A stretch of DNA of 64,000 nt from Octopus sinensis (GCF_006345805.1 NC_043005.1:55862001-55926000), one strand, 5' to 3'; positions 9,895 to 23,238 are shown, counted from the first letter of the stretch. Program-made: numbers and translations. Notes: generated from the letters alone by a model not told the origin.

Positions 9895-10914
9895 ACATAT
9901 ATACATACATACATACATACATACATACATACATACATACATACATACATACACTGAACTATTGAGACATTTGTAGTTACTCTATCCAAATTACAAGTTC
10001 AGGTTTATACCTGCAATCATTTGGACACTAGGATATGTAACATACAGCCTAAATACCAATCTTGAGAAATTAAGCTTCTCAAAACCAGAAAGGTGAAAAC
10101 TCATTCAACGACTACAGATCCAAGCCATCACTGGAACTGTAAAACTCTGTAAAACTTTCCAGAAGTTTCTCATTTAATTATATATGAGCATGTCTAGATA
10201 TGCAACTATATACATGAGAATACATTCATGAAACAAAAGATACAAATCTGCACATATACATACATACATACATATATACAAAAATACTCTGTTGATATTG
10301 TTAAAATTCCAATGAAGGAGCCCTGGATCTAGGTTAGAAACCAGCTCTTTCTCTATTGGCAAGAAATTTTGAAATAAAACTGAATAATGACATACATACA
10401 TACATACATACTTATGTACACACACACACACATGCATGCATGCATGCATGTGATATGTAGTATATAGAGAGGCAGGCAAGATTGTTATAATAGATGAAGT
10501 TTTAATGTCGTCATCCCAGAGTTAACACTTATGCAGGGTCCTTGCATAGCAGGTCTGCACTCACAGCTATGTGATTCCAATGAAAATTTTCTTAACCAAA
10601 GAGCTAAGAGAATATTTTGCCTATCAAAAATGAAAGATAAAAATTTGCATTTAAATACTGCATTAATATCTGAAATTCCTGAGTGGACACTAAAGCAATC
10701 AGTTAATTAATCTAGCAGATAAATGGTACAATAACAGCAGTGGATAATTTTAGGTCATTAGATATGTTGGTCAGTGGGGTGGAAGAGCAAGTGGAGGAGG
10801 TAAGGAGCAGTGGTGTGCACAATGAAGTAGTGTAATGAACTTTAGTATGTATAGCATAAGAAAGGCATTTATATGCTAATAGTTATACATTACAAGATAT
10901 ATAAATGCTTGTGT

Positions 10915-11760
<846 letters not shown>

Positions 11761-11834
11761 AAATACACTCACACACACACATCTATATACATATCTATAC
11801 ATACACACACAATGTACAATTCTATCACAATCAA

Positions 11835-11884
<50 letters not shown>

Positions 11885-11895
11885 TAATAATAATG

Positions 11896-11976
<81 letters not shown>
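11835..11976. repeat. (AAT)n microsatellite
   Basis: Direct sequence. Confidence 0.95.
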
Positions 11977-11977
<1 letters not shown>

Positions 11978-12759
11978 TAGGTGTCAAAAAAAGCAAGCGT
12001 AAATTTTAATAAATCTTACTGTCGGGTCCCTGAAAGAGTTGCCAGGTATAAACGGTAAACCCTCCATCGTTTTGATATAAAATAAGGAGAATAGAAACTT
12101 CTTCAAAGAAGACGGGTTTGAAAATAAACTCTACATATGTTCTCTACACCGGTTACTAGGTAACCGTTGCCATGGCTAATAAATATTATACACACGCTAC
12201 TTTTCTTAGTTACCTGCCTTAGAACCCCCCAAATTAAACGTTTAGCGTTGTTGTGGAATACAGACTACAGTATATTAAATATTTCTATAACAAATGCAAA
12301 GGGTTTGATGGTATTTTTCTTTAATCTTATTTTTGGTCCTTGTTCCTTTGTATTTGTTCTATCCCTTAAACACTTGTTAGTTTTTATTGAAGATTTTTTC
12401 CGAAACTTTTATATATTTCTTTGGCTGCCGGTAGATTAAAATGTATTTCTTAGACCAATAATATTATTTTTATTTATGAGAAATCGCCCCGCGCCGATAC
12501 AGATTATCACTTCTAATCAGATAAGAATTTAATAGTTATGTCGAATATAGATTGCATTAAGCTTCTGGATGAAATAAATTGAAGAATTCATTGTATTTTT
12601 AAAAAGTTCTATATTCACAAAGGAAAATATTTACCGATGTTTGATATAAGGGAGGTAATTGCGATTGACTTATTTGGAAATTAAATGTTAGTAGTGCTCG
12701 AGATTTATTGATCAACCGTACATAAGAATGTGTGTGTGTTTCGTGACACTCACACGCGT

Positions 12760-13050
12760 TCATACATACATACATACATACATACATACATGCATGCATG
12801 CATGCATACATACATACATGCATGCATACATGCATACATAGATATATACGTTCGTACGCACACACATACATACATACATACATACATACATGCATGCATG
12901 CATGCATACATACATGCATGCATACATGCATACATACATACATACGTTCGTACGCACACACATACATGCATACATACATACATACATACATATATGAATG
13001 CGCGCGCGCGCGTGCGTACGAGCGTGCATGCGTGTGCGTGTGAGCGTATA
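12760..13050. repeat. (ATAC)/(ATGC) compound repeat with a higher-order unit, ending in a (CG)-rich alternating purine-pyrimidine tract
   Basis: CGTTCGTACGCACACACATAC recurs about 90 bp apart. GCGCGCGCGCGCGTGCGTACGAGCG near 13000-13025. Confidence 0.85.
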
Positions 13051-13067
13051 AATATATCTTTTATTCT

Positions 13068-13262
13068 TTACTTGGTTCAGTCATTAGATTGCAACCATAC
13101 CTGGGTACCGCCTGGAAAATTTTTTGTCGAATACATCGACCTCAGTATTTATTTTTTCGTAAATCCTGGTACTTATTCTATCGGTTTCTTTTGCCGAACC
13201 GGTAAGTTACGGAGGGTGGGGGTAAACACACCTATACTGGTTGTCAAGCAGTACTAGGAAAC
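13068..13262 (-). mobile_element. SINE family A 3' half
   Basis: Family A tail motifs. Confidence 0.7.
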
Positions 13263-13341
13263 AATCACACACACACACAACACACACACACAGACTTACG
13301 TATGTTGACAGACAGACAGACAGACAGACAGACAGATAGAC

Positions 13342-13420
<79 letters not shown>

Positions 13421-13437
13421 CAGATAGATAGATAGAT

Positions 13438-13731
13438 AAGTTTCTTTATTGGCCACACAAGGCTGCACACAGATGGGACAAGTTACAAGGTAGAGCTTTT
13501 CTTTTATGGGAGAAAAAAAAAAGGTGGCGTAGGTTTTCGATCAAAAGGGATCGTAAAAGGGAAAAAAGAACGAAAAAAAGAAAAAAAAGGAAAGAAAAAT
13601 AGAAAAAAGGGAAAAGGAACAAAAGAAAAGAAAAATGAAAAAAGAGGAAAAAAGGGGAAGAGGAAAAATAACAATCAATAAGGATCGTGTATCACAGTGT
13701 CATGATGTATGGTGTAAAGGGGAAAGCAAGT

Positions 13732-13735
<4 letters not shown>
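13438..13735 (-). mobile_element. Non-LTR retrotransposon 3' end (L1/Tx1-like, tentative) embedded in (GATA)n
   Basis: Minus strand has a T-rich 3' UTR ending ...GCCTTGTGTGGCCAATAAAGAAACTTATCTATCT. (GATA)n lies on both sides. Confidence 0.55.
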
Positions 13736-13794
<59 letters not shown>

Positions 13795-13813
13795 TTAGAT
13801 AGATAGATAGAAA

Positions 13814-14135
13814 GGACTTCTTTCAGTTTCCACCTGCCAAATCCCCTCACAAGGCTTTTGTTGGACCAAGGCTATAGTAGAAAACACTTACCCAAGGTGT
13901 CACACAGTGGAACTGAACCTGGAACCATATGGTTCACACACACATATGATGATGAGGATGATGATATAGGTGCATGTGTGGCTGTATGGTAGGAAGTTTG
14001 CTTCCTAACCTCATGATTCTGGGTTCAGTGCCACAGCATGGCACCTTAAGCAAGTGTCTTCATCAATCGTTCTGCATTGACCAAATCCTTGTTTAGTGGA
14101 TTTGGTAGAGAAAAAATGAAAGAAGCCTATAATGT
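13814..14135. mobile_element. Two SINE family A heads in divergent orientation
   Basis: 13814-13935 minus-strand head and 13967-14135 plus-strand head (GTGGCTGTATGGTAGG...GGGTTCAGTGCC). Confidence 0.7.
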
Positions 14136-14402
14136 GTACACAACCAAAATATCCTGTCTGATATTTCGACTCACCAACCATAGGCCCGAACCACAGACAT
14201 TACCAAACCCCACATGGGGCATAACTTTTCCAGTACCTGATTCTATCAGAATCCTCATTTTACTACACACACACACACACGCACACACACACACACACAC
14301 ACCACACACACACACACACACACTCACACACACATGCACACACAAACACATGCACACACACACATATCTATCTATCTATCTATCTATCTATTTATCAATC
14401 TG

Positions 14403-14435
<33 letters not shown>

Positions 14436-14584
14436 CCAGTGCCGCTGGACTGGCTCCTATGCAGGTGGCACATAAAAAACACCACTTGAGCATGGCTATT
14501 GCTAGTACCGCCTGACTGGCCCTCGTGCAGGTGGCACGTAAAAGCACCCACTACACTTTCGGAGTGGTTAGTGTTAGGAAGGGC

Positions 14585-14586
<2 letters not shown>

Positions 14587-14617
<31 letters not shown>

Positions 14618-16104
14618 GTGTACAGTGCTCAGGTGCACTACAACTCATCTAAAGTGTATATATAATCAGGTGTAGTTTCGGCGGATTTCGGAAAGCATGA
14701 GGGCCTTAAAGGATGCAGTGTCATGGCAGTCAACAACTGACGCAGGCAGTTTATTCCATGCTTCAGCAACTCTGAGTGTGAAAAAATGTTTCCGAAAGTC
14801 ATGGGAGCTGTGCTGTTTTCTGACTTTGTAGGCATGTCCACGTGTGTTAGACACATGGAGATCAAAAAGGTGTTCAGTGTTGTTGTTGGTGAGGTGGTTG
14901 ATAACTTTGTAGGTGTTTACCAAGTCCGTCACCAGATGCCGGAGCTTCAGTGAATCCATGCCCAGGGAAACAAGGCGCTCAGAATATGGTAGGTGTCTGA
15001 TGGAGGGTATGCGTTTGGTTGCACGTCTCTGGACAGATTCCAGGAGGTCAATGTTCTGAGCAAGATAGGGGTTCCAAACTGATGATGCGAATTCCAAGTG
15101 TGGTCGTACCATAGCTGTATACAGTTTTAAATAGATGGCTGGAGAGCGGCTAACAAAAGTCTTGCTGAGTGATGCCAAGACACCCTCGGCCTTCTTGACA
15201 ATTTTAGAGATATGCTTTGTCCAACGCAAATCACTGCTGACAGTGATGCCTAGGTCACGCTCGCAAGAGGATTTCTTGATATCAGTGTTGTGGAGGGAGT
15301 ATGTGGACGCAGGGTTTTTTCTCCCAAAATGCATGGTGGTACACTTGTCCACAGCCAGTTTCAGTTGCCAGTCTGTGATCCATTGCTGCATTGTGTCTAG
15401 GTCTGATTGCAGGAAAGAGTTGTAGACATCAGGATCTGTCCTCTTGATTTCAAGGTACAGCTTGATGTCGTCTGCATATTTCAATACTATGGCCATTCTT
15501 TAAATTGGCATCTATGTCATTAATGTATGCCACAAACAAGAGGGGACCAAGGACAGATCCCTGTGGTACACCCGATGACATCTCATATGGTGTAGAATGC
15601 TGTCCTAGAACTGTGACTACCTCCTTACGGCTGAGAATGAAGGATTTCAACCAGTTAAAAGGTCATCCCTCACACCTATTGCAGAGAGTTTCACCATAAA
15701 CCTTTGTGTGGCACAGAGTTGAAAGCCTTAGCAAGTCAAGGTAGACAACATCCCCCATGAGCCACTGTCAGTGATCTGAGTAATGTCCTCAAGGAACTCG
15801 ACAAGCTGATCACTGCAGCTGGAGTTAGGGACAAATACATATTGTGAGGGTCGGATGAGACTGTGAGAGCTCCAGAAGTTCCAGAGTGTTTCTCTGACAC
15901 ACGATTCCATCAGTTTTGCAATACAGCTAGTGAGACTGACTGGGCGATAGTTGACAGGTGATGTGCAGTCGCCCTTTTTGAACAGAGGAATGACACTGGC
16001 AGTTTTCCACTGCTCCGGAGTAGCACCATTTTTTAGACAGTACTGGAAGAAAATAGAAAGCTGGTGTATACAAGTGTAGAAACTAGAAAGCTGGTGCATA
16101 CAAG
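14587..16104 (-). mobile_element. 5'-truncated CR1-clade LINE with reverse transcriptase remnant and (TAT)n tail
   Basis: ORF pieces VIPLFKKGD..PVNYRPVSLTSC, SGVPQGSVLGPLLF..YIND, YADDIKL, ERDLGI, VRPHLEFA..VWNP, LESVQRRATK. 3' end GTGCACCTGAGCACTGTACAC(TAT)n. Confidence 0.93.
14666..16075 (-). pseudogene. Frameshifted CR1 ORF2 (RT domain and C-terminus)
   Basis: Three ORF-track frames (15728-16156, 15450-15650, 14666-15496) join into one RT with frameshifts. Confidence 0.9.
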
Positions 16105-16224
16105 TGTAGAAACTCTGCCAGATCAGATTGGAGCCTGATGCAGCCATCTGGTTCACCAGTTGTCAGTCAAATCGTTCAACCCATGCTAGCATGGAAAGTG
16201 GACGTTAAACAATGATGATGATGA

Positions 16225-16260
<36 letters not shown>

Positions 16261-16669
16261 GTAATGGTAACCTATTTGGCTGCTATATATATATATATTT
16301 AAAGTATAATAGGGAAAGGAAAAATAGAAGTTTAGATAGACATTACTTTATTCCAAGTTAATACATATATCCAAAAAAAAATATATATACAAGTTGTTTC
16401 CAAGCCTAATTAATTCAGAACAAAATGAAATATAATCCTTTTGAAATCATAAATTAGGCTTTCTATCAGGAATTCAATATTGGAATGAATGGGTTCTACC
16501 AACAAAGATATAAAGACCTACACAATAGCCCAGAAGAGAGCAAGCAATTAAATTATGATAGAAAGAAATTAACCGAACGCCAGAGCGATCAATAGAAGAA
16601 AAAATATATAAATCCGCTTATAAATTCAAGTGACAATTCTCAATATATAAATACTTGTTAACGACATTT

Positions 16670-17316
16670 ACGATTACTGTCTATACAAAACAAAAAAGAA
16701 AATAAGCAATCAACCTACAGATATGTTAATGAAAAAAAATCAACTATTACCTACTAAGAATTATAGAGATAACTAATTAAAAAATTAAAAATCAATATAT
16801 AATCCACCAGAACATAATCAATACAATAATTCAAAGTTGATGATATGATTTCAAACAATTTATATATTCTTTGCTTTGGATTGAACCAGCAGACTTGGAT
16901 ATTTAACATCCCTTTGAAGGAGTTAGGTCCTGTGCTGGTGGCATGTAAAATGCACCATCCGAATATGGTCAATACCAGTGCCCCCTCACTGGCTCCCATG
17001 CCAGTGGCACATAAAAAGCACCACCCAAACGTGATTGATGCCAGGGCTGCCTGACTGGCTCCTGTGCCGGTGGTACATAAAGGTCACCCACTACATTATC
17101 GGAGTGGTTGGCATTAGGAAGGGCATCCAGCTGTAGAAACATTGCCAGATCAGATCGGGGCCTGGCACAGTCACTGGCTTTCCAGACCTCAGTCAAACCG
17201 TCCAACTCATTCCAGCATGGAAAATGGACGTTAAATGATGATGATGATGATATATATACTATTCTTTGTTTTTCTAATTTAGAGTAAATTTTGACTGGTC
17301 ACCTATTTGGTAGTAA
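16670..17316 (+). repeat. Copy 1 of a 0.65 kb direct duplication (unique AT-rich DNA plus RTE 3' UTR)
   Basis: Near-identical to 21638-22273. Confidence 0.95.
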
Positions 17317-17344
17317 GGTTGTGAAGGAAAGTATCTTGTTTTAA

Positions 17345-17560
17345 TCATCATCCTTTGAATCTTAAGGAAGTATTGCTGATTTTTATAGTCCTTGATATCA
17401 TGATCATTTGTAGCATATGAACTAAGGATTTGGATTCTCTCCCCAAGATCCCAAGTTTAGCTTTACTTTGCTCCAGACAGGTTGGTATGGTTCCTGTTGC
17501 TCTAATAATGATAAGTATGAAGCTGAAAGAGTATCTTGGGTGCTGGATTTGCAAACTCTT
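17345..17560 (-). pseudogene. Degenerate C-terminus of an RLE-type non-LTR element (tentative)
   Basis: ILIIIRATGTIPTCLEQSKAKLGI...LQ resembles the IPIIVGALG.I motif of the element at 57 kb. Confidence 0.4.
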
Positions 17561-17654
17561 TAACAATGGTCCAGAGGGCATCTAGTTTCTACATATGCTT
17601 GTGGGGGAGTGTTTGTGTGTGTGTGTGTGTGTGTGCGTGCATGCATGTATGTGT

Positions 17655-17765
17655 AGATGATGACAGCCATGTAAAGAAGTGCTGCTCACTAAATGTGGTC
17701 AGAGCTTGTGGCAGTGGGAGACCCAGGAAGACATGGCATTAAGAGGTGACAGCTGACCTCTGGAC
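17655..17765 (+). pseudogene. RTE RT C-terminal fragment
   Basis: DDDSHVKKCCSLNV..CGSGRPRKTW. Confidence 0.7.
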
Positions 17766-18780
17766 CCTAAGCCCTACAGTGAAGATTGACAAAGGACCAG
17801 AATACCTATTGATACTCAGTTCTCAAGAAAGCTTGCCCACCTCGTCAAAACCAAGTTCCAGAAGCACTGTTTATGTGTATATATGTACAAATAGGTACTT
17901 CATCCAATCTCTTCTTCATATCACCCATCTTACCCTTCTTTTCTTTCACTACAGCTCTCCCTTAATATCACTTTATTTTTCTTGCCACCAAGAACGTGTG
18001 TTACATATGTGCTGTGTTTAAAAGCCCAATATATATACTGGAGAGACAAAAATCCTCCCAGCAGTGGCTCAAAAGAATGCCGAATGCATTTCAGCCTCAT
18101 TAGTCTTTTGTTAACGGTATATAAGGAAAAATATTTGCTACATTTTCGTAGATAGGATTGAATTTTTTTTTTTTTTAAATAAACAGGTGGCAAAAATTGG
18201 AGTAATCACCACTCAGTAAATGATTTTGATATTCATTCAATACACACACACGCATGCACACACACACACACATGCACACATACACACACCACACATCACC
18301 ACGCACACACTATATATATACATACAATATACATAAATATATATATATATATATATTAATATATATATATATATATACATATAATAATATAAATATATAT
18401 ATAATATAAATAATATATATATATAATATAATAGAAATATGTTACAAAAAGAAAATAGAAACTACACGTGTAAAATATATATATATGTATAATATATATA
18501 GATATGTCTAAACATATATACATATAGTAGAAACAATTGATATGGAAGATAGAGTACACTTAAAACTTTATTTATCATAACGATCGTTTCGGCACATCCT
18601 CCACCACTCTTCTCTTCATGGGCGGGAAACCATACAATGAATTCCAATGCACCTTGCAGTGCAGAAGCATCTCTTCAGGTATATATTTGGTTGTTTTGCC
18701 AGCATACTGCTAATGACATACCCCAAATGTAGTTAAATTTAAATTCATATCTAAACGTTATATATATATATATATATATA

Positions 18781-18968
18781 TAAGTTAATCCAAACAAGAA
18801 AGCACAAAAAAAACCAACGCGAGGACGTGGAACCAAATATAGTATTATTGGACATTCAGGAAAGAAGGAAAGAAGGAGGGTTTAACGTTTCGAGCGGAGC
18901 TCTTCATCGGAAACATAGGAGAAGGAAAGATCCAGAGAAGGGAAGACAGAGGAAAAAAAATCGCCACA
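18781..18968 (-). mobile_element. HHR-bearing repeat, family E (probable Penelope pseudo-LTR derivative)
   Basis: Reverse-complement homologue of 28135-28325 and 34700-34850. Flanked by (TA)n. Confidence 0.75.
18880..18914 (-). ncRNA. Minimal type I hammerhead motif (family E)
   Basis: GUUU-CCGAUGA-A-GAGC(UCC)GCUC-GAA-ACGU-U-AAAC. U4C variant core. Confidence 0.7.
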
Positions 18969-19098
18969 TTATATATACATATATATATATATATTGATAG
19001 AAATAGTAAGACAATAAAAGAACAAAAGAGACCTCAATATTATGTAAATAGAGGAATTTATCTGTAAATATAATATGCGACAATTATTCGGTAGCGAT

Positions 19099-19159
19099 GA
19101 TAAAACTCCGAGTTTCGGATGTCAGGGCGGAAACCCACGCCACCATCTCTTCAGTTATC
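19099..19159 (-). ncRNA. Type I hammerhead motif with extended stem II
   Basis: GAUAA-CUGAAGA-GAUG..GGCG..CGCC..CAUC-C-GAA-ACUC(G)GAGU-U-UUAUC. Stem I 5 bp, near-palindromic stem III, one unpaired C before GAAA. Confidence 0.72.
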
Positions 19160-19177
19160 CAGCCATCGAAAAAATGC

Positions 19178-19199
<22 letters not shown>

Positions 19200-19209
<10 letters not shown>

Positions 19210-19500
19210 CATCATCATCATCACTTAAGATACACTTCCCATGCAGGCATGGGTGGGATGGTTTGACAAGAGCTGACCAGGCAGAAGCCTGCGCCAGACT
19301 TCTGCAACTGTTGTAGCAGGATTTTTACAGCTGGATGCCCTTCCTAACACCAACCACTCAGCAGAGTCAACTTCATGCTTTTATGTGGCGCAAGCACAGA
19401 CGAGGACAGTTTTGGCAAGGTTTTTACAGCTGGATGCCCTTCCAAATGCCAACCACTTTACCAAGTGGACTGGGTGCTTTTAAGTGGCACCTGCACTGAC
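19200..19500 (-). mobile_element. RTE 3' UTR fragment(s)
   Basis: (CAT)n followed by CAGCTGGATGCCCTTCC (twice). Confidence 0.7.
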
Positions 19501-20204
19501 AGGGTAACCAAGTAACTTGCAATACAACAAAAATCTCTTTTGAGAAGGGCGGATGATGAAAGGTTTTGGTGAGGTAGAGAAACAGAAATAGGTGCCTTGC
19601 TGTAGGGGAGGTACAAGGTTACCTGGCCAGAGAGAGAGAGAGAGAGGGAGAGAGATCAGGAATGAAGACAGAAACAGGTACACTGCCACAAAGAAAATAC
19701 ATGGTTACCCAACCTGAAGGCAGTGCAGGAGAAGGATAGAGAGAGAGTGGCAGAGAGCAAGATAGAAATGGTGGCAATGTGCCAGCCATACTCAAAAGGG
19801 ATGGGGATTAGAATATAAATGGGATGATTGAGAAAAGGAAGAGAGAAATATAGATGGTGGAAAGTGCCAGGGAATACTCTTGAGGTTCGAATATCATAAT
19901 ATAATTTCAATGTTTTGTGATATTGTCACAAGGCCACATGTTATGAGGGAAAAGTGTAGGGGATTAAATCTGAGCTACCACCTGACTTTATTCAATCTGG
20001 AAGGATGAAAGGCAAAAACTAACTCCAATGGTATTTAAACTCAGAAGGTAAAATTTACTAATGCAACACCAAATATCTCATTCAAAAGAACCAAATTGTC
20101 CTCCAGTTTATCATATACTCATTCCTAATATTGGCATCAATGTATTACAAATGAAAGTTTATACTGAAATTTGCCCAAGATAGCAACTACAATTGCTTAA
20201 GGAT

Positions 20205-20440
20205 GGCTATGATTTGCATGGTATTTCTGGAGAAATATGCAGGAAGTTATACACAAGCTACTATTGTAGGAACCAGTTCACAGGTCACACTGCAGAGGTA
20301 GACCTGCTCGGACATTCATTGATCAACTCTCAGATGATGCAATTCTCAGTAAGGAGCAGTTGCCAGGAATAATGGAAAATCATGAATTGTGGAGAGACTT
20401 TGCCAGGAATGTTTGACTGTAGTTGCAATGATGAGGATGA
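20205..20440 (+). pseudogene. RTE C-terminal fragment (second RTE family)
   Basis: LL*EPVHRSHCRGRPARTFIDQLSDD...MENHELWR with a GATGAG tail. Confidence 0.65.
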
Positions 20441-21192
20441 AAATGGGCACAGAACCATAGATTTGGAAGGTGTATAGAGCTAAAAAGACGACAAATTGGA
20501 AAAATTGTTAGAGCATCTGACAAAATGACTCTTTACATTCTGAGTTCAAATCCCACCAAAGGCAACTTTGCCTTCCAAGGTCAATGTAATAATGCACCAG
20601 TCCAATTGGTAGAATATTTAAAGCATTGGATAACATTTTTGCAATATTTGTTCCAGCTATTTACATTCTGAGTGCCCTGGCAGAGGAAGTGATCGAAGAG
20701 GCCTTGTCTGTCACAACTTGATAAAACAAGAAACCTTTGTATTTGTGCCATGAAATTTTTAACGCAAGTATATAGTTTATGTGTTAAATAATCATTAAGG
20801 GTCATTTGTCATGGATAGAATATGATCAATCATATCACTCATTATTTAACTGGTACTTATTTTATCAATGAAAGACAAAGCTGGTCTCGGTGAAATTCGA
20901 GCTCATAATCAATGAAAGACAAAGCTGGTCTCGGTGAAATTCGAGCTCTAATCTTTTATCTTTCAGTTTCTTCATTTTTTGAACTGCACCCATGCTGGGT
21001 CACAACCTTGGAGGGTTTAGCTGAACAATTCAACCCCAGTGCTTATTTATCTTTTAAGTCCTAGTTTTTATTTATTCTGTTAGTCACTTTTGCTGAAATG
21101 CTAAATTACAGGGACCTAAACAAACAACATCAGTTGTCAAGTGATTGTGGTGATGGTAGCAGTGAGAACAAACAAAAGCACACACACATGTG

Positions 21193-21232
<40 letters not shown>

Positions 21233-21289
21233 AATATATATATATATATATAAATGAAGCCAATATGCTCCACTGGATGTGTAATGTTA

Positions 21290-21632
21290 GTGTGCATACA
21301 CAACAGAGTGTAAGCACCCTGAGAGAAAAGTTGGACATAAGAAGCATCAGATGTGGTGTGCAAGAGAGATGACTACGCTTATATGGTCATGTGTTACATA
21401 TGGATGAGGACAGCTGTGTGAGGTGTCACTCCCTAACTGTAGAAGGAACCTATGGAAGAGGTAGACCCAGGAAGACATGGGATGAGGTGGTGAAGCATGA
21501 CCTTCAAACACTGGGCTTCACAGAGACAATGACAGGAGACTGAGACCTTTGGAGATATGCTGTGATTGAGAAGATCCGCAACTAAAGTTAGATTGCAGCC
21601 ATGCCGATGCCAGTGTTGCATGTTTGGCCCAT
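21290..21632 (+). pseudogene. RTE RT C-terminus and start of 3' UTR
   Basis: LREKLDIRSIRCGVQER*LRLYGHVLHMDEDSCV..GRGRPRKTWDEVVKHDLQTLG..DLWRYAV. Confidence 0.85.
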
Positions 21633-21637
21633 TTAAG

Positions 21638-22273
21638 ACGATTACTGTCTATACAAAACAAAAAAGAAAATAAGCAATCAACCTACAGATATGTTAATGA
21701 AAAAAATCAACTATTACCTACTAAGAATTATAGAGATAAATAATAAAAAATTAAAAATCAATATATAATCCACCAGACATAATCAATACAATAATTCAAA
21801 GTTGATGATATGATTTCAAACAATTTATATATTCTTTGCTTTGGATTGAACCAGCAGACTTGGATATTTAACATCCCTCTTGAAGGAGTTAGGTCCGTGC
21901 TGGTGGCATGTAAAATGCACCATCCGAATATGGTCAATCCAGTGCCCCCTCACTGGCTCCCATGCCAGTGGCACATAAAAGCACCACCCAAAACGTGATT
22001 GATGCAAGGGCTGCCTGACTGGCTCCTGTCCGGTGGTACATAAAGGTCACCCACTACATTATCGGAGTGGTTGGCATTAGGAAGGCATCCAGCTGTAGAA
22101 ACATTGCCAGATCAGATTGGGGCCTGGCACAGTCACTGGCTTTCCAGACTCAGTCAAACCGTCCAACTCATTCCAGCAAGGAAAATGGACGTTATGATGA
22201 TGATGATTGATATAATACTATTCTTTGTTTTTTAATTTAGAGTAAATTTGACTGGTTCACTATTTGGTAGTAA
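21638..22273 (+). repeat. Copy 2 of the 0.65 kb duplication
   Basis: Differs from copy 1 mainly by single-base deletions. Confidence 0.95.
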
Positions 22274-22289
22274 AGGAGGCAGACAGGAG

Positions 22290-22355
<66 letters not shown>

Positions 22356-23238
22356 TAGTGGGCTTCCACCCAGCTTCTATCCACCAAATTCAATCACAAG
22401 GCATTTATCAGCCTGGGGTCTATAATAGATGACCTGTGCTCAAGGTGGCACACAGTGGGACTGAAGCTAAAAAATATGTGCTTGCAAAGAGAACTTCTAA
22501 ACAACATAGCCAAGCCTGCTCCTAATGTTAAAAACGGGGGGGGGGGGAAACAAAGTAACAAAATGTCACAAGGCATTTTTTATCCAACATTGCCTATTCT
22601 GGAGTTTAATATTTATTGTTTTCTAACATTGGAACATAAAACCCTATTTGTTTTCTTTGTTATTTATTTTGGTGCAAATGGAGCAGTATAATTGATTTAT
22701 TGCCCTCAGAATTCCCCAACATATTTTATCGATCCCAGGAAGATTAAAGACAAAGATATCCCCATTGGAATTTGAAATCAGAAAGGAAAGAATCATAACT
22801 AATTGCTTCAAGACATTTTCTCTGACATTCGATCGATTCTACCAAACCATCACTCAGGAGATTAATTAATTAATTAGACATATATCACACCAAATATCTC
22901 ATATGAAATATACATTATATGATGTATATTTAGTTTACTGATTAAAATAGCTTAACAGCATGAAGCAACAGGATTTATTAAAATGTGTAATTAGCTAATT
23001 AGTAGATGTTTAAATTAGGTAACACCTAGCAAACAAAATAAGCAAAACAAGAGAACGTCATCAGAAAATATGTGTAATTATTTTTTGATATAAATAAACA
23101 AAAAAAAATATATTGAACTTAGGCTATAAATAGTTATGAGTTTCAAGATACAGAAATGCTTAAAGATTTATAGTTTACATGCATATACACACATATATAT
23201 ATTTATATACAAATGCATGTGTGTATGAGTGTATATGT

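Larger units (their letters stand above)
14430..16228 (+). mobile_element. RTE 3' UTR copy split by the CR1 insertion (pieces at 14430-14586 and 16105-16228)
   Basis: ...GTGTTAGGAAGGGCAT | TGTAGAAACTCTGCCAGATCAG... rejoins to the family consensus apart from a missing CCAGC. Confidence 0.8.

Noticed and set aside
18575-18680. Hammerhead candidate on the minus strand (CUGAAGA...GAAACGAUCGUU)
   Set aside because: Stem III is palindromic, but stem I pairs poorly and stem II would be about 80 nt without convincing closure. It may be a decayed relic but is not supportable.
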